A DNA stretch of 64,000 bases, taken from the NCBI GenBank assembly GCA_017518415.1, contig JAFWVC010000060.1:13947-77946 (forward strand). The letters run 5' to 3'. This DNA comes from Clostridia bacterium (GTDB lineage: Bacteria > Bacillota > Clostridia > Oscillospirales > Acutalibacteraceae). The position numbers were made by a program, and so were the translations under genes. Positions within the stretch are counted from its first letter, which is position 1, and every line of letters starts with the position of its first letter. The notes beneath the pieces are model-generated. The model saw nothing but the letters and a program-made list of their open reading frames with translations. It was not told where the DNA came from and searched no databases. Of this stretch, positions 7,759 to 15,482 are shown one piece after another.

Positions 7759-10032
7759 ATGACGACGCATACGCAAGCAGCAGCCAACCAACTGGCGGAG
7801 GTCTCTCTGCGCATTAAGGAACTGCGCCGCATCGCCGGCTACACGCCGGAAGAGATGGCCGTGCAAACCGAAGTCAGCACGGAACAATATCTTTCCTATG
7901 AAAGCGGCACGGAAGACCTTCCCTTTACCTTCCTGCATAAATGCGCCCTGACCTTCGGCGTCGAACTGACCGAACTGCTGGAAGGCCAAAGCGCCAAACT
8001 GTCCGGGTACAGCATTACCCGCAAGGGCCACGGGCTGGTCACCGCATCGGAGGACGGCATCGTCATCCAGAACATGGCGGCCATGTTCCGGCAAAAGCTG
8101 GCCACGCCGTATTACGTGACCTATCAGTATTCCGAACAACTGCAAAACCAGCCCATCCATACCACCACCCACGCCGGGCAGGAGTTCGACCTGGTGCTCA
8201 AAGGCTCCCTCAAAATCCGCATCGGGGACCATACCGAGATCCTGCACGAAGGGGACAGCGTATTTTACAAAAGCTCCACCCCGCACGGCATGATCGCCAT
8301 CGACGGGGCCGATTGCGTGTTTTTGGCCATGATCATGGCCGGCAGCGAGGACGAGCAGTCCTTCATCGTGCGGCCGCGGCAGACGGAAGCGCAGCAGCAG
8401 CCGCTGTTGTGTGAAAAATTCGTCCGGGCGGCGGAGGATGAGCACGGCGCGCTGCAAAAACTGTCCTTCTTCCATGAGAAGGAGTTCAACTTTGCCTTCG
8501 ACATCGTGGACACCCTCGGCCGGCAAAAGCCGGATAAACTGGCCATGCTGCACGTGGCCGCCGACGGAACCGAACGCCGCTTTACTTTTAAGGATATCAA
8601 GGATGCCTCCGGGCAGGCGGCCAACTACTTCACCTCGCTGGGCATCAAACGGGGCGATCGGGTCATGCTGGTGCTGCGGCGCCACTATCAGTTCTGGTTT
8701 GCCATCCTCGGCCTGCACAAAATCGGCGCTATTGCCATTCCGGCCACCACTCAGTTGCTTTCACACGACTTTGAATATCGCTTCCAGGCGGCCGGCGTGT
8801 CGGCCATCCTCTGCACCGCAGAGGGCGACGTGGCCCGGCAGGTCGAGCTGGCACAGCAAACCGTCGGCTGCGACCTGACCCGTATCCTGGTCGGCGGCCG
8901 GCGGGAAGGCTGGCACGACTTTGATGCGGAATACTGCCTGTTCTCCCGCCGGTACACACGGCCGGACGACGCCCCCTGCGGCGACGACCCGATGCTGATG
9001 TTCTTTACCTCCGGCACCACCGGCTACCCGAAGATCGCGCTGCACACCTACCGCTACGCGCTGGGCCATTACGTCACCGCCAAATACTGGCATATGACCG
9101 AACCGGACGGCCTGCACTTCACCATTTCCGAAACCGGGTGGGGCAAGGCGCTGTGGGGCAAACTGTACGGCCAGTGGATGTGCGAATGCGCCGTCTTCGT
9201 GTACGATTTCGATCGCTTCGACGCCGAGAAGATTCTGCCGATGTTTGCCAAATACCACATCACCACCTTCTGCGCGCCGCCCACCATGTACCGCATGCTC
9301 ATCAAGCAGGACCTGTCCCGCTTTGATCTTTCCTCCATCAAGCACGCCACCACCGCCGGCGAGGCGCTTAACCCCGAGGTGTTCCGCCAGTTCCGCAAAG
9401 CCACCGGGCTGGAGATTGCCGAGGGCTTCGGCCAGACCGAAACGACGCTGAGCATCGCCAACCTGGTCGGGCAGTCGCTCAAACCGGGCTCGATGGGCCG
9501 GCCGATCCCCGGCTACGGCATCGACCTGGCGGACAGCGACGGCAACCCGGTCGAGGACGGCGTCAACGGCGAGATTGTCGTGCATACCGACAGCGCCGTG
9601 CCCAACGGGCTGTTCGTAGGCTATTATCAGGATGAGGAGCGCACCAGGGCCGCCTGGCATGACGGGCTGTACCACACCGGCGACCTGGCCTGGCGCGATG
9701 AGGACGGATTCTACTGGTACGTCGGCCGGGCGGATGACGTCATCAAATCCTCCGGCTACCGCATCGGGCCGTTCGAGATCGAAAACGTCATCATGGAGCT
9801 GCCCTACGTGCTGGAATGCGGCGTATGCGCCGCGCCGGATGAACTGCGGGGCCAGGTGGTCAAGGCCAGCATCGTGCTCGTGCCCGGCACCGAAGGGACC
9901 GAGCAGCTGAAAAAAGAGATCCAGACGTACGTCAAAACGCACACGGCGCCTTATAAATACCCCCGCATCGTCACCTTCTGCGACAGTCTGCCCAAAACCA
10001 TCAGCGGAAAAATCATCCGCAGCCAATTATAA
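7759..10032 (+). CDS. fusion protein: XRE-type HTH plus cupin sensor domain plus AMP-forming acyl-CoA synthetase (medium-chain/ACS-like)
   Basis: GGGGAGG RBS 8 nt before the ATG at 7759. N-terminal HTH (LRIKELRRIAGYTPEEMAVQTEVSTEQYLSYESG), cupin (HAGQEFDLVLKGSLKIRIGDHTEILHEGDSVFY..PHG), then FFTSGTTGYPK, YHTGDLA and GRADDVIKSSGYRIGPFEIE. Confidence 0.8.
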   Translation: MTTHTQAAANQLAEVSLRIKELRRIAGYTPEEMAVQTEVSTEQYLSYESGTEDLPFTFLHKCALTFGVELTELLEGQSAKLSGYSITRKGHGLVTASEDGIVIQNMAAMFRQKLATPYYVTYQYSEQLQNQPIHTTTHAGQEFDLVLKGSLKIRIGDHTEILHEGDSVFYKSSTPHGMIAIDGADCVFLAMIMAGSEDEQSFIVRPRQTEAQQQPLLCEKFVRAAEDEHGALQKLSFFHEKEFNFAFDIVDTLGRQKPDKLAMLHVAADGTERRFTFKDIKDASGQAANYFTSLGIKRGDRVMLVLRRHYQFWFAILGLHKIGAIAIPATTQLLSHDFEYRFQAAGVSAILCTAEGDVARQVELAQQTVGCDLTRILVGGRREGWHDFDAEYCLFSRRYTRPDDAPCGDDPMLMFFTSGTTGYPKIALHTYRYALGHYVTAKYWHMTEPDGLHFTISETGWGKALWGKLYGQWMCECAVFVYDFDRFDAEKILPMFAKYHITTFCAPPTMYRMLIKQDLSRFDLSSIKHATTAGEALNPEVFRQFRKATGLEIAEGFGQTETTLSIANLVGQSLKPGSMGRPIPGYGIDLADSDGNPVEDGVNGEIVVHTDSAVPNGLFVGYYQDEERTRAAWHDGLYHTGDLAWRDEDGFYWYVGRADDVIKSSGYRIGPFEIENVIMELPYVLECGVCAAPDELRGQVVKASIVLVPGTEGTEQLKKEIQTYVKTHTAPYKYPRIVTFCDSLPKTISGKIIRSQL

Positions 10033-10044
10033 CGGGGTGATCCT

Positions 10045-10746
10045 ATGCAGCCGAAGCGGCTGACGCTGTTTGCCGGCCATTACGGCAGCGGCAAGACCAG
10101 CATCGCCATCCAATACGCGCTGGCGCTGCGCCGCAGCGGCAAGGCTGTCACCGTAGCGGATCTGGATATCGTCAACCCTTATTTCCGCACCAAGGACAGC
10201 GAACAGCGTCTGCGCGCAGCCGGTATCGACCTGATCTGTTCACCGTACGCCGGCACCAATCTGGACGCACCGGCCATGCCGGCGCAGACCTACGCCCTCG
10301 TGGCGGACCGGGAGACCTACGGCGTGCTCGACGTCGGCGGGGACGACCGCGGCGCGCTGGCGCTGGGCCGGTACGCCGCCGCCATCCGGGAAGAGGACAA
10401 CTACGAGATGCTGCTGGTCATCAACCGGTCCCGGCCGCTGACGGCCACACCGGAGGATACCGTGGCCGTCCTGCGCGAAATCGAAGCCGCCTGCGGCCTG
10501 CCTTTTACCGGAGTGGCACACAATACCAACCTCGGCCCCGCCACCACGGCGCAGGACGTGCTGGACGCCATCCCCTACGCACAGCAGGTCTGCCGGCTGG
10601 CCGGCCTGCCGCTGCGCATGACCTGTGCGCCGGCTCACCTGTGCCCGGCGCTGCAGGGGCGGGCGGAGCACCTGTTCCCTTTACAGATTCAACCCTTATA
10701 TTACCAACTTTCGGAGGAGGACTCTTATGGCAAAGCTGACCTTTGA
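10045..10746 (+). CDS. P-loop NTPase of unknown role (MinD/ParA/CooC-like fold)
   Basis: Walker [10 protein letters not shown] near the N-terminus and DVGGDD (Walker B-like). Its 3' end overlaps the ferredoxin-subunit start by 20 nt. Confidence 0.6.
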   Translation: MQPKRLTLFAGHYGSGKTSIAIQYALALRRSGKAVTVADLDIVNPYFRTKDSEQRLRAAGIDLICSPYAGTNLDAPAMPAQTYALVADRETYGVLDVGGDDRGALALGRYAAAIREEDNYEMLLVINRSRPLTATPEDTVAVLREIEAACGLPFTGVAHNTNLGPATTAQDVLDAIPYAQQVCRLAGLPLRMTCAPAHLCPALQGRAEHLFPLQIQPLYYQLSEEDSYGKADL

Positions 10747-10933
10747 GCAGGAACTTTGCAAGGGCTGCGGCCTTTGCGTCAATGCCTGCCCCAAACACTT
10801 ACTGGTTTTGTCCGCCACACGGCTGAACAAAAAGGGCCACACGCCCGTTGAACTGACCGATCCGGACGCCTGCATCGGCTGCGCCTTCTGCGCGACTATG
10901 TGCCCGGACTGCGTGATCACGGTGGAAAAGTGA
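10727..10933 (+). CDS. 2-oxoacid:ferredoxin oxidoreductase delta subunit (2x[4Fe-4S] ferredoxin)
   Basis: GGAGGAGG RBS. 68 aa with [12 protein letters not shown] and [12 protein letters not shown] cluster motifs. Confidence 0.8.
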   Translation: MAKLTFEQELCKGCGLCVNACPKHLLVLSATRLNKKGHTPVELTDPDACIGCAFCATMCPDCVITVEK

Positions 10934-10947
10934 GAAAGGAGCAGAGT

Positions 10948-12018
10948 ATGCAGCAAAAAGTTTTGATGAAAGGCAATGAAGCCATTGCCGAAGCTGCCAT
11001 CCGGGCTGGCTGCCGGCATTATCTCGGTTACCCGATTACGCCGCAGACCGAGGTGGCCGCCTATATGGCCAAACGCATGCCCAAGATCGGCGGCGTATTC
11101 CTGCAGGCGGAAAGCGAAATTGCGGCCATCAACATGGTGTACGGCGTCGCCTCCACCGGCAAGCGGGCGATGACCTCCTCTTCCAGCCCGGGCATCGCAC
11201 TCAAATGCGAGGGTATCTCCTACCTGGCCGGGTCGGATCTGCCGGCGCTGATCGTCAACGTACAGCGCGGCGGGCCGGGCCTCGGCGGCATTCAACCGTC
11301 GCAGTCGGATTATTTTCTGGCGACCCGCGGCCCGGGTCACGGGGATTTTCACGTACTGGTCTTTGCGCCCGCCAGCGTACAGGAAATGGCTGATCTGACG
11401 GCCCGCGCTTTTGACCTGGCCGAGCAGTACCGCATGCCCGCGATGATCCTTGCGGACGGCACCATGGGCCAGATGATGGAGCCGGTCGTCCTGCCGGAGG
11501 CCAAAGAGCCCGACGCGGCCGAAAAGCCGTGGGCCACCACCGGCACCGGTCTGCGGCGCAAACATAACGTCATCACCTCCCTGTACCTTAACCCGGCCGA
11601 ACTGGAACGCCGGAACGTCGAGCGTTTTCAGCGCTATGCCGAAATCGAGAAGAAGGAACCGATGTGGGAATCCTTTATGATGGAGGACGCCGAGGTTTGC
11701 GTCGTATCCTACGGCATCACGGCGCGCATTTCCCGCAACGCCATCGTCGAAGCCCGCCGGCAGGGCATCAAAGTCGGCATGATCCGGCCGATCACGCTGT
11801 GGCCCTTCCCGGAGCAGCCGCTGCTGGCCGCTGCCGGGCAGGTCAAGGGCTTTGTGTGCGTGGAGTTGAACATGGGCCAGATGAAACAGGACGTTGAACT
11901 GGCCGTGCGCTGCCGCAAACCGGTGGACCTGTGTTACCGCGTCGGCGGGATGATCCCGTCGCCGGATGAGGTGCTGCAGCACATCCGCACCATGGCGGAA
12001 GGAGGAGAGCGGAAATGA
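10948..12018 (+). CDS. 2-oxoacid:ferredoxin oxidoreductase alpha subunit
   Basis: [35 protein letters not shown]... is typical of KorA/VorB N-termini. AAGGAG RBS. Confidence 0.85.
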   Translation: MQQKVLMKGNEAIAEAAIRAGCRHYLGYPITPQTEVAAYMAKRMPKIGGVFLQAESEIAAINMVYGVASTGKRAMTSSSSPGIALKCEGISYLAGSDLPALIVNVQRGGPGLGGIQPSQSDYFLATRGPGHGDFHVLVFAPASVQEMADLTARAFDLAEQYRMPAMILADGTMGQMMEPVVLPEAKEPDAAEKPWATTGTGLRRKHNVITSLYLNPAELERRNVERFQRYAEIEKKEPMWESFMMEDAEVCVVSYGITARISRNAIVEARRQGIKVGMIRPITLWPFPEQPLLAAAGQVKGFVCVELNMGQMKQDVELAVRCRKPVDLCYRVGGMIPSPDEVLQHIRTMAEGGERK

Positions 12019-12752
12019 TCGTCTTTCAAAAGCCGAAATCGCTGACCGATGCGGTTTTGCACTACTGCCCCGGCTGCACCCACGGCATCGTACACCGGCT
12101 GGTGGCCGAATGCATCGACGAACTGGGCATTGAAGGCCGCGCCATCGGCATTGCGCCGGTGGGCTGCGCCGTCATGGCGTACGACTATTTTACCTGTGAT
12201 ATGATCGAGGCCGCCCACGGCCGGGCTCCGGCGGTAGCCACCGGCGTCAAGCGCTCCCTGCCGGACCACGTGGTCTTTACCTATCAGGGGGACGGGGACC
12301 TGGCTTCCATCGGCCTGTGCGAAACGGTCAGCGCCGCCGCCCGCGGCGAGAATATCACCATCATCTTTATCAACAATGCCATTTACGGCATGACCGGCGG
12401 GCAGATGGCTCCCACCTCGCTGCCGGGGCAGGTCACGCAGACTTCGCCCTACGGCCGGGACGTCAAAACGCAAGGCTACCCCATCCGCATCTGCGAGCTG
12501 CTTTCCACGCTGGACGCGCCCGCCTACCTGGCACGGGTAACCGTCAACAACGTCAAAAACGTGCGGCAGGCAAAAAAGTCCATCCTCAAAGCATTCCGGA
12601 ACCAGGTCGAAGGCAAAGGCTTTTCCCTCGTGGAGGTGCTCTCCGCCTGCCCGACCAACTGGGGCATGACGCCGCAGAAGGCACTGGAATGGATCGATGA
12701 AAAGATGATTCCCTACTATCCGCTGGGCGTGTACCGCGATAAGGAGGTGTGA
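12015..12752 (+). CDS. 2-oxoacid:ferredoxin oxidoreductase beta subunit (TPP-binding)
   Basis: CPGCTHGI near the N-terminus, GDGD TPP/Mg motif and [11 protein letters not shown]. 4-nt overlap with the alpha subunit. Confidence 0.85.
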   Translation: MIVFQKPKSLTDAVLHYCPGCTHGIVHRLVAECIDELGIEGRAIGIAPVGCAVMAYDYFTCDMIEAAHGRAPAVATGVKRSLPDHVVFTYQGDGDLASIGLCETVSAAARGENITIIFINNAIYGMTGGQMAPTSLPGQVTQTSPYGRDVKTQGYPIRICELLSTLDAPAYLARVTVNNVKNVRQAKKSILKAFRNQVEGKGFSLVEVLSACPTNWGMTPQKALEWIDEKMIPYYPLGVYRDKEV

Positions 12753-13294
12753 TGATGGCTGAACATCAAATCGTCATCGCCGGTTTCGGCGGGCAGGGGC
12801 TGCTGTTCTCCGGCAAGGTGTTGGCCTACGCCGGTCTGGAAGAGGGGCGCGAGCTGAGCTGGCTGCCCTCCTACGGGCCGGAAATGCGCGGCGGCACCGC
12901 CAACTGCAACGTCATTTTGTCCGATACGCCGGTGGGTTCCCCCATCGTGCAGCACCCCAACGTGCTGATGGTGATGAACAACCCCTCGCTCGACAAATAT
13001 GAGGCGGCGGCCGTCCCCGGCGCCTGCATCTTTGTGGATTCCACCCTTGTCGGCCGCAAGGTACAGCGCAGCGACGTAACGGCCTGCTACATCCCCGCCA
13101 CCCAGATGGCCAACGATATGGGGGCCCCCGGCCTGGCCAACATGATCCTGCTCGGCGCGCTGATCGCCAAAACGGGCTGCATCCGGTTCGACAGCCTGCC
13201 GGAGGCGCTGCACAAGGTCATCCCCGCCCGCAAGGCCGACCTGTTCGACGTGAACATGCGCGCCCTGCAAATGGGAAAGGATTTTACGGCATGA
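12749..13294 (+). CDS. 2-oxoacid:ferredoxin oxidoreductase gamma subunit
   Basis: [19 protein letters not shown]... plus YGPEMRGG motifs. 4-nt overlap with the beta subunit. Confidence 0.85.
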   Translation: MMMAEHQIVIAGFGGQGLLFSGKVLAYAGLEEGRELSWLPSYGPEMRGGTANCNVILSDTPVGSPIVQHPNVLMVMNNPSLDKYEAAAVPGACIFVDSTLVGRKVQRSDVTACYIPATQMANDMGAPGLANMILLGALIAKTGCIRFDSLPEALHKVIPARKADLFDVNMRALQMGKDFTA

Positions 13295-14079
13295 AACTAT
13301 CGCTGCTGCAAATGAATATGGCGCTGGGCCGGCCGGAGGAAAACTTCCGCGCCGCGGAGCAGTTGATTCTCCAAGCGGCGCAGCGCAACCCCGACGTGCT
13401 GGTTTTGCCCGAAACGTGGAACACCGGCTTTTTCCCGCGGGAGCAGCTGGCCGACCTGTCGGACCGGGATTGCGAGCAGGTCCGCCTGCGCATCGGCGCC
13501 CTGGCGGCGCAGCTCGGCGTGAACATCGTCGCCGGCAGCGTCTCCAATGTCCGGAACGGGCGGGTATACAACACCGCCTGTGTGTTTGACCGTACCGGCG
13601 CCTGCATTGCTCAGTACGACAAGGCTCATTTGTTCACCCCGATGGGCGAGCAGGACTATTACACGCCCGGCGCTTCGCTGTGCCGCTTCACGCTCGACGG
13701 TGTGCCCTGCGGCCTGATCATCTGCTACGACGTGCGCTTTCCGGAATATATCCGCACGCTGGCGTTGCAGGGCATCCAACTGCTGTTCGTCGTCAGCCAG
13801 TGGCCGAAGGTCCGCACCGCGCATCTGCGGGCGCTGACCACGGCCCGCGCGATCGAAAACCAGATGTTCGTCGCCTGCTGCAATTCCTGCGGCACCGCCG
13901 GGGACACCGTATACGGCGGCGCCTCCGCCGTGATCGACCCCTGGGGGCAGACCCTGGCGCTCGCAGGCGAAACGCAGCAGATTCTGCCGACGGAACTGGA
14001 CTTTTCCGTCGTCGAGCAGATTCGCAGCGCTATCAATGTGTTCCGCGACCGTCGTCCGGAATTATATGAGATAAAATAA
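13291..14079 (+). CDS. carbon-nitrogen hydrolase family protein (nitrilase superfamily, omega-amidase-like)
   Basis: Glu-Lys-Cys triad context: LVLPETWNTGF, YDKAHLF and GLIICYDVRFPE. ATGA overlap with the gamma subunit. Confidence 0.8.
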   Translation: MKLSLLQMNMALGRPEENFRAAEQLILQAAQRNPDVLVLPETWNTGFFPREQLADLSDRDCEQVRLRIGALAAQLGVNIVAGSVSNVRNGRVYNTACVFDRTGACIAQYDKAHLFTPMGEQDYYTPGASLCRFTLDGVPCGLIICYDVRFPEYIRTLALQGIQLLFVVSQWPKVRTAHLRALTTARAIENQMFVACCNSCGTAGDTVYGGASAVIDPWGQTLALAGETQQILPTELDFSVVEQIRSAINVFRDRRPELYEIK

Positions 14080-14092
14080 TGCAAAGGAGCGT

Positions 14093-15181
14093 ATGACCAT
14101 GAGTTACACCTTCCCCGTGACCCGTACCACCCACCCGAAAGCCCGTCCCGCCGATGAGACCAAGCTGGGCTTTGCCAAGTATTTTACCGACCACATGTTC
14201 GTCATGGACTATGACGAAGGTCAGGGCTGGCATGACGGCCGCATCGTCCCGCACGAGCCGTTCCTGATCGAGCCGGCGTCCTGCGTGCTGCACTATGCCC
14301 AGATGATGTTCGAGGGCATGAAAGCCTACCGCACGCCGGACGGCGGCATACAGCTCTTCCGGCCGGATATGAACATTGCCCGCATGGCCCGCACCAACGA
14401 GCGTATGTGCATCCCGGAGCTGCCCGGCGACCTGTTCCTGGCCGCCGTCAAGGCCGTCATCGAAACGGATAAGGACTGGATCCCCTCCGCGCCCGGCACG
14501 GCGCTGTACATCCGTCCCTTTATCTTCGGTGACGAAGTCTCTTTCTCGGTGCTGCCGGCCAAGCACTATAAGTTTATGATCATCCTCAGCCCGACCGGCT
14601 CTTACTATGCCGCCAACGACGGCGGCATCACCACCACCCGCATCTACGTGCAGGACCAGTACATCCGCGCCGCGCGCGGCGGCACCGGTTACGCCAAGGT
14701 CGGCGGCAACTACGGCGGCGGCATGCGCGCCTCGCAGGACGCCATGAAATACAACTGTAAAGACGTACTGTGGCTCGACGCCGCCGAGCACAAATACGTC
14801 GAAGAGATCGGCACCTCCAACGCCTTCTTCCGCATTGCCGATGAAGTGATCACTGCTCCGCTGGATTCCGGCACCATCCTGCCCGGCATCACGCGGGATT
14901 CCGTGATCCGGCTGCTGAAAAAATGGGGCGTCAAGGTGTCCGAGCGCAAGCTTTCCATCGACGAGATCGTAGCCGCGTCCCAAAACGGCACCCTGCAGGA
15001 GATCTTTGCCAGCGGTACCGCGGCCGTCATCTCCCCCATCGGCTGGCTGAACTACAACGGCAAAGACATCGAAGTGGCCGACACCAAAGTCGGCCCGGTC
15101 GCGCAAAAGCTGTACGACACGCTCTACGGCATCCAGACCGGTACGGTGGAAGACACCATGGGCTGGACCTACAAGCTGTAA
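14093..15181 (+). CDS. ilvE: branched-chain amino acid aminotransferase (class IV)
   Basis: 362 aa with GMKAYR, YIRPFIFG, GGTGYAKVGGNYG and EIGTSNAFF motifs. The true start may be the second ATG at 14099, which has better spacing to AAGGAG. Confidence 0.9.
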   Translation: MTMSYTFPVTRTTHPKARPADETKLGFAKYFTDHMFVMDYDEGQGWHDGRIVPHEPFLIEPASCVLHYAQMMFEGMKAYRTPDGGIQLFRPDMNIARMARTNERMCIPELPGDLFLAAVKAVIETDKDWIPSAPGTALYIRPFIFGDEVSFSVLPAKHYKFMIILSPTGSYYAANDGGITTTRIYVQDQYIRAARGGTGYAKVGGNYGGGMRASQDAMKYNCKDVLWLDAAEHKYVEEIGTSNAFFRIADEVITAPLDSGTILPGITRDSVIRLLKKWGVKVSERKLSIDEIVAASQNGTLQEIFASGTAAVISPIGWLNYNGKDIEVADTKVGPVAQKLYDTLYGIQTGTVEDTMGWTYKL

Positions 15182-15195
15182 AAACCGTTCAAACA

Positions 15196-15230
15196 AAAAG
15201 AGGAGCAGCCGGTGCTGCTCCTCTTTTTTG
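15196..15230 (+). terminator. intrinsic terminator after ilvE
   Basis: AAGAGGAGCAGC-cggt-GCTGCTCCTCTT hairpin followed by TTTTG. Confidence 0.8.
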
Positions 15231-15254
15231 CGCTGTTGCGCCGCGGCAAACAAA

Positions 15255-15288
15255 GCGGCGGATACCGGCCGAAACCGGTATCCGCCGC
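15255..15288 (-). terminator. intrinsic terminator after the minus-strand sORF / secreted-protein transcript
   Basis: 14-bp stem GCGGCGGATACCGG-ccgaaa-CCGGTATCCGCCGC. On the minus strand it is followed by TTTGTTTG. Confidence 0.7.
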
Positions 15289-15316
15289 TCTTTGTGCGGG
15301 TTTCAGAGGATCGCGA

Positions 15317-15445
15317 TCAGTGCAGATCGCCGAAGTCGATGGTGCCCCCGGGGCCCTGACCGCCGCCGACCGTCAGGCTGGTGGTGATCAGATCTTCCGC
15401 GTCGAAGGACTCCACAGTCATCATAGGTTTCACATATTTCATCAT
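15317..15445 (-). CDS. unannotated 42-aa small ORF (MMKYVKPMMTVESFDAEDLITTSLTVGGGQGPGGTIDFGDLH)
   Basis: Below the 60-aa cutoff of the ORF track. GGAAGGAGAA RBS 5-7 nt upstream of the ATG at 15445. It lies 37 nt downstream of the 669-aa secreted-protein gene and is followed by a strong terminator. Confidence 0.4.
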   Translation of the reverse strand: MMKYVKPMMTVESFDAEDLITTSLTVGGGQGPGGTIDFGDLH

Positions 15446-15482
15446 TCGTGTTCTCCTTCCATCAGATTACAATCGAGCCGGA

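Noticed and set aside
15317-15445. Reading the sORF as a lasso-peptide or class I lanthipeptide precursor (Thr near a Gly-start core, FDAEDL resembling an FNLD box).
   Set aside because: There is no Cys for lanthionine. With Thr at -2 the first acidic residue is at core position 11, whereas lasso rings use positions 7-9. No cyclase, protease, dehydratase or ABC exporter genes are nearby. It is kept only as an unexplained sORF.
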